Assembly (NCBI GenBank): GCA_964106645.2
Contig: OZ067039.1
Origin: Podarcis pityusensis
Lineage: Eukaryota
Length of the DNA: 64,000 bases
Strand: one strand, 5' to 3'
Shown: positions 50,430 to 64,000 of the stretch, piece after piece
Numbering within the stretch: the first letter of the stretch is position 1
Layout of the letters: every line of letters starts with the position of its first letter
Translations under genes and position numbers: made by a program
Notes under the pieces: model-generated
Databases searched by the model: none
Told to the model about the DNA's origin: nothing
Seen by the model: only the letters and a program-made list of their open reading frames with translations

Positions 50430-50583
50430 CTGGTTCTGCAGGCCCGGAATGTCCCTGATCTATCTGCTGGCGTGAACTGCTCATTTGAAGATTTTACGGA
50501 GTCTGAAAGTCGCATTGAAGATGGCAAGATCTACTGTAGTTCTCCTTCTGCAAAAGATGTCATCCCTATTACCAGAGGGCGAG
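50430..50583 (+). CDS. PLXNA1: Plexin-A1 coding exon (IPT/TIG-like domain 1), 154 nt, phase 0-1
   Basis: Acceptor ctccttcctgttctctcag| and donor G|gtgagt. Translates to [51 protein letters not shown](G). Lies inside ORF-track ORF 50373..50678. Confidence 0.97.
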
Positions 50584-52284
50584 GTGAGTTTGGGGTTTCT
50601 TGTCAGCTTGCACCAATGGAGTCCAGAGCAAAAGTTCTGGGGGGTAGGATATTTGATTACATACTTCAGAGAACATGAGTTTTCAAAAAACAAAACAAAA
50701 ACAACCCCATTTGAGTAACACAATAGCTGAGCTAATATCTCTCAGTTTATTTATTGCCATGATGTAAGATGCTATGGATTATCCAGGTTATTTTTAAACC
50801 TGTTTGCTGCTGTGGGAAGGCTCTTTCTACTGTGCTTGTGTATGTGATTTTGAGGGTATTCATATCCTATAATGCTGAGGGGGAATTGTAAGTTGTAGGC
50901 ACCTTGGGGTGCACTTCCCCCTCCATTGGTATTTGTAGAGTGAAAATAGACATTAACTTCCCTTGAAGGAGCTGAAGTGGCACAGAGGAGGAGCCAACCG
51001 CATCCTCTGCAGTGCAGTTGAATCTGGTATAAAGGCTTTCACTCTGGACAGCCAAGAACGTGAACTATGCAAAAGTATTTTTCTCTTTCTGTCTCCGCAT
51101 GGAAGGCAGGCAGTCTAGACCTTTGTGCCATGGTAGGCTGTCCTTTGCTCAGTTCAGATAGCATGTCATATTTGAGGCACAGAGGAGTTCAAAATACCAA
51201 TATCTATACCTTCTGTGAGAAGGATCAACATATTTGTGAGCAGGAGAGCAGAGACTGAGGCAGAGAATTTGAAGAAAGGAGAAGACAGGGAGAAAGAAGG
51301 CAAATGACTGAAATGGGTGCATTTACAGAGTGGCAGGGAATATATTGTTACTATTCTATTTAGTAAGGAATGTATGTGCTACCCTTGGCCACGGTTCGAA
51401 ACTCCCACTGTTCTAGGCACATTTTGCGACAGGGAATTTCATTAGCGCGAGCAGTTTCTGAGCTGTGGGCGCAGTACTACGCCTAAGATTTCAGATTAAA
51501 ACTGCAGAGTGGAAGGAAAGGAGGACCTATTTCTACCTCACCACTTCCAGCTGCTCTCTGAAGTCTGGAGAAGAGACCCTCTTAAGAATATTAGGGGGAC
51601 GGGCAAGGGAATACTAGATCGTGTGAGAAATGAACATAATATTTTAGCTGCAGTTCATTCATTTTCAGCTTTGTATTCTTGTTACAAAAAAGCGTGCCTA
51701 GACATTCTGTTGTTGTGCCCATAACCTAGGTTTAAGGTGCCATTTAGCTTCTAGCTTTCATATCTCAGTTTCTAACACTGGTTCTCACTATAACTGGGGA
51801 TAGCAACATGAGACTGGTCCAGTGGTTTGCTTGGGCTGATTGCTGAGTAAGGCATTGTTACACACCTCCTAGATTCCTGGCCTCAATATGATCAATAACC
51901 CACTGGTTTCCCAATAATTCCACAAGAGGCTCCTAAATTTGACAAAGTCAGATTCCCTCCTTACCTGTGGAGGTAGTAGAAAGCCAAATGTTAACTCTGA
52001 ACTAGGCAGTTGGAGGCCTGTGGTACTCTTCTTCCACCTGTCATTTTACTTACATGCTGAGCAAGATCACCTATCCTCTGCATCCTGCTAGATTTTTAGT
52101 GCAGGTCAATCACACTTCTCTTCAGCATCAATAAACTAGTGTTTTTGTCCGCTAACTAGGATTCATTGGAACTGCCCCTCAGCTCAAACAAAGTCACTGC
52201 AAGCCTTACTCATTTGTGTGCTGCCAAACCCTGCACTCTGTTTTCCCAGATGCCCATGCTGCTATTTCTCTCTTTAATATCTGA

Positions 52285-52413
<129 letters not shown>

Positions 52414-52794
52414 TAAGTGATATAAAACAACTTCCCCTCCTCTGGTTTTTGAGCTTATTCTGGGTGAAAGCTGCAAATAGCATGTGGCAGACATAATAAA
52501 ACTGGGAGAAAGGCAGATGTGTGCAGTGTAAAATCTTGTTAAATACAGAGGGGGGTATTTGGGGGTTGCCACACTTATTGTAAGGAAAGCCAAGCCACCT
52601 TGCCTTGCTGTTAAAGTTTGCTTTGGGCAAGAAGCTGCTTGGGCATCAGAAACCACATCAAGCTGAGAGGATTATCCTTTTCTTTTGTCTTTGTGAAAAG
52701 AAACTGCACTGTGTTCATTGACTACTGGTGTAAGAAATGGTTTAGTCAGGAGCATCTGAGTAAACAGGTTTAGCATAATTGCTGGACTTCAATG

Positions 52795-52796
<2 letters not shown>

Positions 52797-52831
<35 letters not shown>
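52797..52831. repeat. (TG)17 microsatellite
   Basis: Read directly from the sequence. Confidence 0.96.
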
Positions 52832-52834
<3 letters not shown>

Positions 52835-53767
52835 GCTCTGCTTGCCAGTTGGAAGTGTAATTTCGCCTGCAGAACCCTATTTATGAATTCTTACCCATGA
52901 GGAGAACTTGGGTATCCCCAGTTGAAAGGATCAAATAACAGTTGGAGTGAAATACTTCTTCCAAGGACCTTAGAGACCCCCTGCCTCTCAGATTAGACAT
53001 TACTGGGCTAGATGAGCAAAGTGTCTGGCCTGCTAGAAAGCAGCTTCCTATGTTTCCTGTGTAGGTGTGAATTGATGATTGGTAGCACAGTTTGATCTGA
53101 CTGCATCTGCTAGAGGCCTAACCTCATGTATAGCTTTAATACAGCCCATAAGCACCCAGCAGGTTCTAATTTAGAACCTCATTTTCATATAAGCCGCACT
53201 GTAAAATAATAGCCAGTTTCTCATATTGAAAACTATAAAAACTAAATCTGTGATCTCCCAATGTTTATGCTTTACAGCAATCTATAGACGGGAGCGATCT
53301 CTGTGGCATCAAGTGTTTCTGTGACAGAAAGCTAAATAGGGCAAAACTGTCTGTGCTACCCAGAAGGGAGCGTTTGCATGCTGGATCCCAGGCTGCAATG
53401 GTGAAATGGAAGATCCTGGTTACCGAAGGCATTTGTTAAGAGTTTCTCCAAATGAAATAAACAAGGCCTTAGCTTTGGCATCTGCTTTCATTGTGCCTTT
53501 GCATGCTATTGGTGCCATATCTCATCCATAATGGGGTTGTGGTATGATCTCTGAAAGGAAGGATTTTCTGTGCCCGAGTAACCAGTCTGAACGCTTCTAC
53601 CGAACGCTGCTACAGTTCACTCGTTTGGTTTTTGTTGCCTGTTTGTAGCTTTCATAGCCCCAGCCCTGTCCTACAGCCTCTAGGGCAGTGGAGGGTATGG
53701 CTATACTGAAGCCACACCATGTCAAAGTACACAAGCCAGTCTGGGAACAGTCAGCAACACCCTAAAC

Positions 53768-54066
53768 CAGGGGTAGGCAACCTAAGGCCTGTGGGCCAGA
53801 TGCGGCCCAATCACCTTCTCAATCCGGCCCACGGATGTTTTTACATGAGTAGAATGTGCCCTTTTATTTAAAATACATCTCTGGGTTATTTGTGGGGCCT
53901 GCCTGGTGTTTTTACATGAGTAGAATGTGTGCTTTTATTTAAAATGCATTTCTGGGGCATAGGAATTCGTTCATCCCCCACCCCCCACCCCCAAAATAGT
54001 CCGGCCCCCCACATGGTCAGAGGGACGGTGGACCAGCCCACGGCTGAAAAAGGTTGCTGACCCCTG
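53768..54066 (+). mobile_element. hAT MITE family A copy 5
   Basis: Family A sequence with two small internal deletions. Perfect TSD ccctaaac (53760-53767, 54067-54074). Confidence 0.92.
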
Positions 54067-57000
54067 CCCTAAACCATGAATGAGATGCCCCCCCCTTGCT
54101 CCCAACCGCATGTCAGGGGTGGGTTGGGCCGACTGTGGGTGCTGGCGCATGCTGATGACTTCACGCACAGGCACTGTGTGCTTATCAGCTAGCCCAGTAA
54201 CTGGCTGGGGGTGAGGGGTGTGCCCATTTAAATCCCTCACAGAGAATGCACAGTAGGGGGAAGAGAGGAAAAGAGAGGAGGAGAGAGTGGGGGGTAGCAA
54301 TATTGTGTATTCAGTTTGTTTCTCGAATATAGGCCATCCAGGGAGATAACCAGAGGGGCAATAAATACAATCTTAACCACTTAGGTGTTTTGGTATTGTT
54401 TTTTTGTTTTCCAGATAAGAGTGCAGGTTAAGTACAGATTAAGGTGGTTTTGATGTGCCCCTCCCCAGGGAGCATATGTTAAAGAGCTAAAACATCCTAT
54501 ACTTTAAATGTGACTTTGTAGGCTTGCTAAATTACTTGACTGACCCTTGGGCTGTGTTCAAATGTAGTGGCTTGGGGAAAATGGCATCACAGGTGTAATG
54601 GGGAGGACTAGTGAACCATGTGTGGCCATCCTCCATCATACCCAGGTTTCCTATCCCTGATTATATTATTATGAGAATTAAGTTTCAGTGATCTTTTTGC
54701 TTATGTGTTCTCCCGTTCTCTGGTGCAACCGAGAGGAGGAGATGGGAATTTTCTTACGCTTTCTTGACAGTTTAGTTATTGCACAAATCCTAAACTGTGG
54801 TTTATTTTATCTATGGTTAGTTGAAATAAGTCAGCCTCATAAACTGTGGTTTGAAGTTGGCTTGTTTCAGCAAACCATAGTTATATTTAACCACAGTTTG
54901 TCTGGTTGCCGGTGACACAAGCAGCAGTTAGTTGTAAAAAAATTGAAGCAAAAGCTTCCAGGCTCCAGAGAAGGGGGGTAGTGCAGGAGTCCGGGGTTTG
55001 CTGAGGCTTGTTATGATTTAGCATTACATTGGAATTTAATGTTGAAGTTCAGATTACTGAGTAACCTATATTTCTAGTCATACAGTTACAGTGCGATAGG
55101 TTGGGAAGATTAATGGGCAGGAGAAAATAATAATCAAACAATTAGAAGGGGTAGCCTGAAGCTATTCTGCATAAAATGGCTTCAAAGGCAGCTCTTCACA
55201 CAAGATGAATTCTTTAAACTTTAAAAAGGAAGGAGCAGCCAAGAGACGGAAGAATCCCAAAAGGTGCCAAGATACCAGAAGTGAAACCTGCTATTTCAAT
55301 ATTGAGGCCTGCTGGTGAAATGTCTGTCAGGAAAGGCGGGGGGAGGGGGGAGGAAGAGAGCCTGCGGGGGCCTGCCTAGACTTGTCTGCTGGGAAGATGC
55401 TCTTATCCAGCAACATGCTCTAGTCTAGGGTATAAAAGTTGGACAGCAGGTTGGAGCAGTCAGGACTCTGATCCGGGCAACAGAGTCTGTAATATGCACA
55501 AAGGAAAGTCCCATCAAGGCCCTTTCTGACACGGAGGAGATGCCAAGTCTGCTGCTGGGAAATTATTCCCACCTGCTGTTCCTTCGGAGCGCAGATCGTG
55601 GCTCCTGGGGGATGGGGGGAAGAGAGGAGGCGGGGATTCTTTTGAGCTAGGTTTTCTGCCTTACCAAGGTTTTCTTACCTTGGTTTTCTTCGAAGGAGAG
55701 ATTTCTTACTCAGTCTTTCATGTTTGTTCGATCTTGACAGTTGGATAAGTTTTGGCACAGGCAGGTTTCCAGTTCAATTTGGTGTTCAGGTTCATGTCTG
55801 ACCTGTTAAATCTGAAGCTCTCTTTCACCCACATTGGCTAAAATGCAGGATCTAAAAAGAAGTCATAAACTTTCCTTTCCTTTTCACATAAGTTGGTGAA
55901 ATTTGCAGGGAAATAGAGCCTTTCCAGGGTGGGTTAAGCCTGCCAAATTTCAGGGAGATCCAGCCAGTGTTTTGTGTGTTTGCTTGCTGGGAACCTTTAA
56001 AGAGTTTTTTCTTAAAAATGGAAAAGTCTCTAACTTCTATATTTTCTGCCAGAACTGGATTCAATTTGTTGTCATAGCTGCCCCTTCTGAGGGAATGATG
56101 TGTGCCAAATTTCAGAAAAATAGGCACAGTGGTTCTCCTACAAGGGCTGACTGTTTTGAGGTGAGAATATAGAAATCGCATTCCCTTCCCTAATTTTGTT
56201 GCGGGACAATCAGGAGGACAGATGAGAGAGGTTTCCTTTGGTAAAAAAAAACAACTTGCCAGAGTTCAGACAAATATAGGTTATTGTGCAGCTAGGTGAT
56301 TTTACCTCTTTTTTTTTTTTTTTTTTTAGAAACTGAAAAAATCACCTCACAATTCGAGGTACACTCAGAGCCAATACATATGCCTGGTATATACCACTGT
56401 TTGACACAAATACCCAATAAAAAAGTAAATGGGGTTTTAAAAACCCAAAAGTTGTCTCTTTAAACTAGAACATTGCAGGCCAAGCACGATGAGACATTTT
56501 TTTTTTAAATGTAATGTATGCAGAACATAAAAAGCAGAATAACCTGCAGTTAAGCAGCAACTGAGGCTGATTTATAGCCAGGTTGAATTTTAATTTTAGA
56601 TGAATTATTTTAAAAAGCAAATTATGGTTGTATTAATATTTATAAAATCATTTTAGAGCTATTGATGACAGTGGTTGTTTATAATCGGGTTTTTTGCTTT
56701 GTTTCCTTCTTGCCTTGCTTTCTTTGGGATTTAAAGGTCTTCACAAAGACCAATCATGGAAAAAAGAAATATTAGTCACCATGTACTAGATGCAACCAGT
56801 TAGCAATCCGATTGGAACTGCACTTGCCTGCAAATAATTCCCCATGCCTGTTGCTAAGTGAATTGCTTAAGCAAAACACTTCCTGTGAATTTCCAAGCAC
56901 AGTTGCCTACTGATGCCAGTAGTGTCTTTTTGTAACATTTTCTAAAAACCCAAACAAGATGCTCTGTTTCTTTAGCCTTAACTTCTCTCCCCCCTGAACT

Positions 57001-57202
57001 ATGTTAATCTTGGCTAGGCTTCGAAACTATGCACACGTACTAGCCTGTTTTCCAAGCTGAGGAATGTAGGGTCTGGCCTCATCTCTAAAAGGAGGCTTGT
57101 GGAGGAAAATCAGATTCTAAGTGATATTGTGCCTCACATTTTCAGCGACCAATTCATTATCTGTCAGGCAATAACTAGTGCTATACATACAGAGTGGGGA
57201 AC

Positions 57203-57406
57203 GTAAGCAGAACTGTGGTTAACTGGACCAAAGGTCATCCAGTCCATCGTTGTGCTTCAAACAGTGGCCATCCAGATGTGTCTGAGTGCTTGCTAACGTA
57301 GCATCAAGGCAACAGCACTCTTCTGTTGCTTGTCCTCAGCAGCTAGAATCCCAGGCATAACAGCCGCCATGGTTGATAACCATTAAAACATTTACCCTTC
57401 ATGAAT
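57203..57406 (-). mobile_element. Highly degraded CR1 3' UTR fragment
   Basis: Patchy similarity to 45650-45890 (ggaccaaaggtcatccagtcca, acagtggcca, cagatg, catgaat). Confidence 0.5.
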
Positions 57407-58723
57407 AGCCATGTGACAGCGTTTGTATATATATCTATATTTGTGTAGGCTCTGTGGGTATTAAAAGGTGCACCAGGCAGCAGTTGCAGATTGGTCTTTG
57501 TCTGTGACCTACAAGTGCTACATGTTTCTTGGATATGTTTTGACACGGCCACTTTCCTGATGGTCACGTTAGCACTTAGCGGCCACCTTTTTGGCCCGCT
57601 GCTGCAAAACCATTATTCGTGAGGTTTAGTTTCTAAAAGGTAGCTTTTCAGTGTCTTTGACAGAACCCCTGGGGTCCCCATGACTTCTGGCATCTTGGTC
57701 ACTGACAGGTTAGTTTGTTCCGTTTCTTTTTTAGAATATTTGTTTATTTAGGTTTTCAATTAAGTACTGACAAAATGGATAATGTAAGAAAGCAATAGCA
57801 CCAAAGTGCACGTAAATGGAAACATAAATTAACATGAACATTTCTATTTGATCACTTATTTGCCATAGCATAGTGGTGGGGCGTCCTGGAAAGCTGCTGT
57901 TAAGTGTAGGCAATACTGAACTGTATGGACCAGTGGCCTGACTGTATAAAGCAGCATCCCGCATTTGTTGAATATTTCTGTCTCTGTGTGCTCACTTTAG
58001 TTTCTTTGTTTTGATTTATTAGTTGCTGGTTTTTTGTTTTTTTAATGATGTTTGGTAAATTAGTTATTTTTAAGTCTATTTAATACATTTTATAGTTTTT
58101 GTGTGGGTTTTGTTTTTTAATAATGTATATGCTACTTCTGTAAGCCACTTTGAATCCCTGCACCCACCCTGGGCAGGATAGAAGTTTTTAAAATATTTGA
58201 AATCAATCGTAAATAAAATTTACAGGTCAAGAAGTTTTAAAGCATTTTAAACTGTGGTTCCCACATGTCAGAATTTTTTTATTTTTTGCCAAGAAACATG
58301 ACAGTATGCAAGATGATACACTACATTTAAACACTGTTTATGAGCAGGCCAATTCAGTGGGTATCTTTTGCGATCGGGATCAAGAGCAATTTGCCTCTCA
58401 ATGAGGCTAATGTTCTTTCTGTGGAGTTTTCTGATCACTGGGCATTGTGTTTAACTTTTATTATCTGGGCAGCCAGGTGCATGAACGTTATCAAATCACT
58501 TCTCTGCTCAAGACTGAATGTTTTATAAGTGATGTTCAAATGATTAAAGGGAATCAGAAAAATCAGAACCATCCAAATGTCTAATTTGGACAAAGCTGGC
58601 ACTGTTAGTTGGCACCAGCTAAAGAACTGGCCTAGTATGTATTCATCAGTCCTCCCAAGCCTCCAAGTGTTTGCAAGGTAAATAGCTTTCAAAAACTGGC
58701 TGCTTGCACGGTGTATCAAGTGG

Positions 58724-58727
<4 letters not shown>

Positions 58728-58767
<40 letters not shown>
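58728..58767. repeat. (TC)20 microsatellite
   Basis: Read directly from the sequence. Confidence 0.96.
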
Positions 58768-58772
<5 letters not shown>

Positions 58773-61700
58773 GGAAGACATGGGTTCCTTGTATATTTCA
58801 CAGGACTGCTGGCACCTTGAAGGAATGTAGCAGGTTCTGTGGAAGATTCCCCAAAACTGATTCCAACAAACCTCCAAAAGCTCTTGGGACATAGGGTCAG
58901 TGCCTGAGAATGCTAGTCTGTATCAGATGTAGCACCGTGGAACAATTAGAAGGGTGTTCTTTTGTTGGTTTTAGATATTGTAGTGAGTTGTAGAGGAGAA
59001 AATAGTCTATTAGATCTCATAGAACAGGTGTTCAATATGATGCCCTCCAGAAGTTGCGGACTACAACTGCCATCAGCCACAGCTTCCATGGCCAGTAGAA
59101 TGGGATGATGGGTGGCTGTAGGCCAGTGTTTCCCGACCTTTGGTCTCCAGCTGTTTTGGGGCTACAATTCACATCATCCCTGACCATAGTTAAATGCTAA
59201 GCACATGTTTTAGCATTATGTGTGAATCAGGCTACTGTTAGCATCTCCTGCTGGATAAAATTAAGATTTTTCACTTCCAAACCTTTTAAAACATGGCCAA
59301 CTGGGTTAAAACACCATGGAGTTTTGTTATTATATATCCAATTCTGATTTCGAGCATACCTTCTGAAAAGGGGAGAATACTGATGTAGGGAAGAGAGGTT
59401 TACAGTAACTATGTCACTTTTGGAGGGGGGAAAACCTGCTCTAGCTATTAGTCAAGGGAAATGGGGAAGCTTTGAGTCCTTCTTGCTAAGTACCTCATGA
59501 ATCGAGGACAGGGTTACACTTTGGTTACAACCCCCCCCCCCCAGTGTGGTGCTATGTGTTGAGCTTGTCAATATTTTCTATATGCTGAAAAAAGAGAGGT
59601 GGAGGTGGAACAACTCTCATGTCTTGCATTGTGCTTTCAGTAAGAGGAATTGTCATGGTGGTAGGAATTAGACTCCTGTCGCACCTCTAAATACAGATTA
59701 TCCAGTTCCCACCAAAGGCTTGTTGCCTGTTGTGACACGGTTACCCCACAAGATGTTTGTCAAAGCCAGACCTTTGCTACATATAGGGAGTTTGTAGGAA
59801 ATGATCTAGCTGTGTGTTAAAAACCTGGAAAAAGAGAAACCAGCTGTCTGATTTTAAGCATGGTTTGGCACACAAGATGTTTTTGCAAAGCCTGTTATGA
59901 ATTCCCCCCGCCTTGTGTGATGAAGCCGTAACTATTAGATGCTGCTTGATTAGATGCAACCAAGTTTCTCTGATGTTGCTGCTGCTATGATAATGATGAC
60001 GGTGATGATGATTTCAATTTCTTGCCCACCATTCCAACAGGAGGTTCCAGAACGGGTTACCACGATTTAAAAATACAATATTGAAAACTGTTAAAGCAAA
60101 TGACAAACAAAAGTTGCCAGTTAAACGACAGCTGTTAGTCAGAAAAGTAAGACTAAGTTCTGGCACTGTAGAATGTCCTAAGACTATTTACTATGTATGC
60201 CTGTGTTTCTTTCAAACACATTTTCATTATTTACCATCTGTACAGAAGTGTGCAGAGTTTGTTTGTGCTTACAGAGATGCCAGGATCTTCTGCAACCCTC
60301 ACTTTGATTAGATTTCTCTCTCCCACCATATCATGTAGAAAGCTGATCACATGCTATCACATGATTTGTTTGTTTCGGTCCCTGTTCTGGTCTATAGTTT
60401 GCAGGACAATAATACAGCTGGGATGGCAGAGATATTAAGCAACCATACAGTTGCTCTTGTCTTCACCAAACTATTCTGTTTTGTGGGTGGGAATATAGCC
60501 TGATCTTCAGGGAAATAAATCATGATGGTTTTGTCCTCCTATAAGTGCTTCCAATGGAGATAACTTTGTGGTTACTGAAGGCACCTTAAAGAGGATCCAG
60601 TTGGGTTCTGATGCTCTGATTCAATCACATCTTGTCCAGAGTCTGAATGCACAGGTGTAGTGATCCTCTTTGTTAAAGGCTTAAGCTTCATCTTCAGAGT
60701 GTCCTCCAGGAAACAGAGTCCTCTTTGTAGATAAAGGAACTTTAAGCTTCATGTCTTTTATCAGCCTTGCTAAAGACTAGCTGTGCTCTCCAGCTAGGAA
60801 GGCAGATGAGAAAGATGTTTTGCGGAGGAGGCTGGGGTCCCAGGAAGAAAAGAAACAAGAGACTATAAATATATTATGTCCTGGGAGAGGTGCGTCTGAA
60901 AAGAGAAATCCTCAGAACTCAAATAACTAGATTTGCAGGAGGAAGAATTAATCAGTATGAATACAGGGCTGTATCTAATGTGAGCTTATAGAAACAGAGG
61001 AACTGCCAGAGCCTAATATCGGGTCTCTAAGGGTGGCCAGTCTCTAGCACTTCATGTGCAGATACTTTGGAGGAGTTAAGCCATATTTTGTTTCCTTTAG
61101 GCACTTCAAATGTGTGCTTTTGGCACATAGCCAGAAAAATGCGGAGACATTGGAAATGTTCTATTTAAATACTGTGCTGATGGTATTTTTAAAAACCACA
61201 TGTATACACTGTCCCTTATAGGGTTTGCTTGTGTGCCTCAGTTGCCTTTTTGGGGTAAGCTGTTCTCTTCTCGTGCCAGCTGCATGAAAAAGAAGGTGCA
61301 GGTCAGACCAGCCCTATGTGGTAGCCCATCACAATTATGTTGTTGTGTCCAGTACTTACTGGGAAGGAGGCTCAGAATGTCTCCATCCAAGCCAAAACTA
61401 TGATACACATGGTGAGGGGCTTGGGTGCAACCTGAGCACGGTGCAAAATGAAAGAGGATACAGCAGAGTCCCATGGGGGTTGCCTTTCGTTTTCCCTTAG
61501 GAGGGGTACTGCCAGAATTGGAAACAACAACTTTCCAAGAGAAGTTGGTCAGGGAGTGGGGCTTCCAAGCAGAAAGCAGCCCATGAAGTTCCTTGTGTGC
61601 CACTTTTCATCTGGCTCTGGGAGGTGCAGAGATGGGTGCGACCTTTAGGCTGCCCATTTGGCCATGCCTGTATTGGAACAGAAATAAATATGGTGATTGG

Positions 61701-61987
61701 GGTGGGTGGGTGTGGTATTCAGCAAGCAAGAAAGCGGAAGAATAGCCACTGGGGTTGGGTTGGGATATAGGGATATATGTATTTCCAGCAACCACATCAG
61801 GGAAAAGTAGCCAAAGAGAAGAGTAGCTTACTGTTTCTAAATTTAGGGATGGGGAAGTCTGGGATGAAGATGCTGCATTTGAATGAAATAGATTTTTCTT
61901 ACTAAGTTTTTATCAGGAACGTCAAATTCATACATCACTGGGGACTGTGTGGCAGCAACAGGAGTTGGTGAAGGGGCTACTCAAGAC

Positions 61988-62227
61988 TAGAGATGGGAAG
62001 GCCGGGGAGGGGGACAAAAAATTGGGGAAAAACCAGGTTTTTCCCTGCCCCCATTTCCCCCGAAAGTCGCTTTTTTCCAGAAAATTTGAAAAAAAACACA
62101 GTTTGATGTAGTTTGAATATTCCACCCCCCCATTTCCCCCCAGAAAAAACGGCTTTGGAAAAAAAAACCAGGAAAAACCTGCCCCCCCCCAATTTTCCCA
62201 GTTTTTTCCCAGGCCTTCCCATCTCTA
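61988..62227. mobile_element. 240-bp hAT MITE with Ac-like TAGAGATG ends
   Basis: TIR TAGAGATGGGAAGGCC / GGCCTTCCCATCTCTA (extends to 20/21). Perfect TSD ctcaagac (61980-61987, 62228-62235). Confidence 0.9.
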
Positions 62228-63328
62228 CTCAAGACATTCTTGAGTCTCTGCTCAAACCTGCTACATTGTTGCATTTATTTATTTTTATAAGAAAAACGTT
62301 TTTGAAATAGAGGCAGACATGGTATGCTTTGCAAGGTTTCCTGGCAAGTGAATAATGACTTCTTAACCGTTCACATAACTTGCTATCCCTGCCCCAAGAT
62401 GTCTTGGTTACCATTAGGTTTTCCACCACTTTTAAAGAGTAGTAGAAAAGCTCCTTGCCTATATTCATTTCCTGTCCCTTCGATTTTGTAGTGATGCAGC
62501 TCAGCTGACAAACCCACAAACTTACAACTAAACAAGATGATTTAAAACCAGTCCTGTGATAACAATTGCTGAAGTCTCCCACTACCAAAAACAAAAAACC
62601 CTCTCTGCCTGGATGAGATAATGCTGATATTGTGTGTTTTTTTTAATCAGAGCATAAAATTAGTATGAACTGGCATCTTAGAGCCATACATATGATTTAC
62701 ATACTTCTTATATAAGATTTTTATGCTGATTTTTCATGGCTATCTGGGCAAAGGTCACAAGCAACACAAAGAATATCTTCTAGTCTGAAATGCGTCACTT
62801 GTAAATGTTTAAGCAGGATAGAATTTAGATTCCATTTTTAATTGAGTTAATATCAAACCCCCCCCCCCAAGTGTAGGATGTGCGTGCGAAACCCAAAAGT
62901 GTTCAGGGGTGGGGTGGACTTACCTCTAAACACCAGAGGTTCAAGCTTTTCCTTTTTCCTTTTTTGAACAAATACGTAGGCTTTGTCACTGTTTCAAGGA
63001 AAGGATTGACTTCTTTAGTGGCACTCCCTTTGAAATTTGGGACAAATGTCTCATGGGAATGATCCCATGTCACAATGTAGTGTTGTATTCCCATAAATGT
63101 TCTTGCATGTGGCGGGGGGAGATGGCTGCTCCCATTGGCCAAGTCACTCTAGAAAAACTACACTAGTACTTCAGGGGGGGAAAACCTATATTTCCCAGCA
63201 TACCTGGCATAGCAGTGTTCGGCCCTAACAGTGTTGGATTTGGAGGAGGGAGTAAAGGACTGGGCAACAAAAGAGGGACAGGAGCTTGTGTTTTGATCTG
63301 TTACTGCTTTGGTTATGTTACTCTATAG

Positions 63329-63518
63329 CAGGGGCAAGCAACATGGTGCCCTCCAAAATCATAGAAACATTGAATTGTAGAGTTGGAAGGGCTCTGAGGG
63401 CAATCTGCTCCAATACCTGCAGTGCTGTTGGACTTCAGTTCCCATCAGCATGGTCAATAGCAAGGGATGATGGCAACTGTAGTTCAATATCTGAATGATG
63501 CAACATCTGATACCCCTG
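63329..63518. mobile_element. Family P palindromic hAT MITE interrupted by a short CR1 3'-tail fragment (~63356-63420)
   Basis: Ends CAGGGG...CCCCTG. TSD ctctatag/ttttatag (6/8). Internal tcatagaaacattgaattgtagagttggaaggg resembles the reverse complement of a CR1 tail. Confidence 0.65.
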
Positions 63519-63700
63519 TTTTATAGATTGTGCTTAGTGACCGAATAAGAATAATAAATCTCCATGGGGCTATTGTTTCTGTTTGTTAGTATGCTATATA
63601 TTTTTGTGTTTTTATGTTGTAAAGTATAATCCATCTTGTGATCTTTGGGTGAAGGACAGTATTCAAATTTAATCAATAAAATATAAAAATAATTAAAATA

Positions 63701-63886
63701 CAGTGGAACCTCGGGTTGTGTACGTGATCCGTGTGGGAGGCATGTTTGTAACCTGCAGCGTTTCATTGCTTCTGTGCATGCGCGAGCGCCGAAACCCGGA
63801 AGTAACCCATTCTGGTACTTCTGGGTTCGGCGCGTCCAGAACCTGAAAACGCACAACCTGCAGCGATTGCAACCGAGGTATGACTG
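63701..63886. mobile_element. Tigger/pogo-like MITE family D
   Basis: TA|CAGTGGAACCTCGGGTTG...CAACCGAGGTATGACTG|TA (imperfect TIR). Internal hairpin aacccggaagta...tacttctgggtt. Confidence 0.75.
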
Positions 63887-64000
63887 TAAAATAAAAGATG
63901 TGTCACACGACTTTTATGTTTATACTCAGGGGTGATGTTCTCAGTCCGCACATGTCTGGGAACATACTCTGTAGCATATTCAGCATAATTTTGCCCTGCT

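Noticed and set aside
50373-50678. 101-aa ORF as a standalone gene
   Set aside because: Only 50430-50583 is plexin-like and bounded by splice sites. The rest is intronic read-through.
56309-56327. T19 tract as the poly(A) tail of a retrocopy
   Set aside because: No adjacent coding homology or TSD was detected.

Overview
This is vertebrate genomic DNA, almost certainly from a squamate reptile. The Sauria-SINE copies look lacertid, but that is an inference. The whole window appears to lie inside a plexin-A gene on the + strand, best matching PLXNA1. Five consecutive GT-AG coding exons (36137-36277, 44971-45071, 50106-50229, 50430-50583, 52313-52412) splice in frame and encode the end of the Sema domain, the first PSI domain and the first IPT/TIG-like domain. 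The flanking exons were not found, so 1-36136 and 52413-64000 are read as intron. The introns are dense with transposable elements: hAT MITEs with 8-bp target-site duplications (TSDs), Tc1/mariner-pogo-type MITEs with TA duplications, Sauria SINEs, other tRNA-derived SINEs, L2 and CR1 relics, and microsatellites. The most unusual structure is a pair of related TA-flanked MITEs (16828-17735 and 40323-41095). They share ends, but each has amplified a different GC-rich hairpin cassette into an alternating A/B higher-order array. I also found several nested insertions, a 45-bp palindrome rich in E-boxes, and candidate conserved enhancers. No prokaryotic system, CRISPR array or intact transposase/reverse-transcriptase ORF is supported. 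Repeat family names come from recognition, not from a database search.
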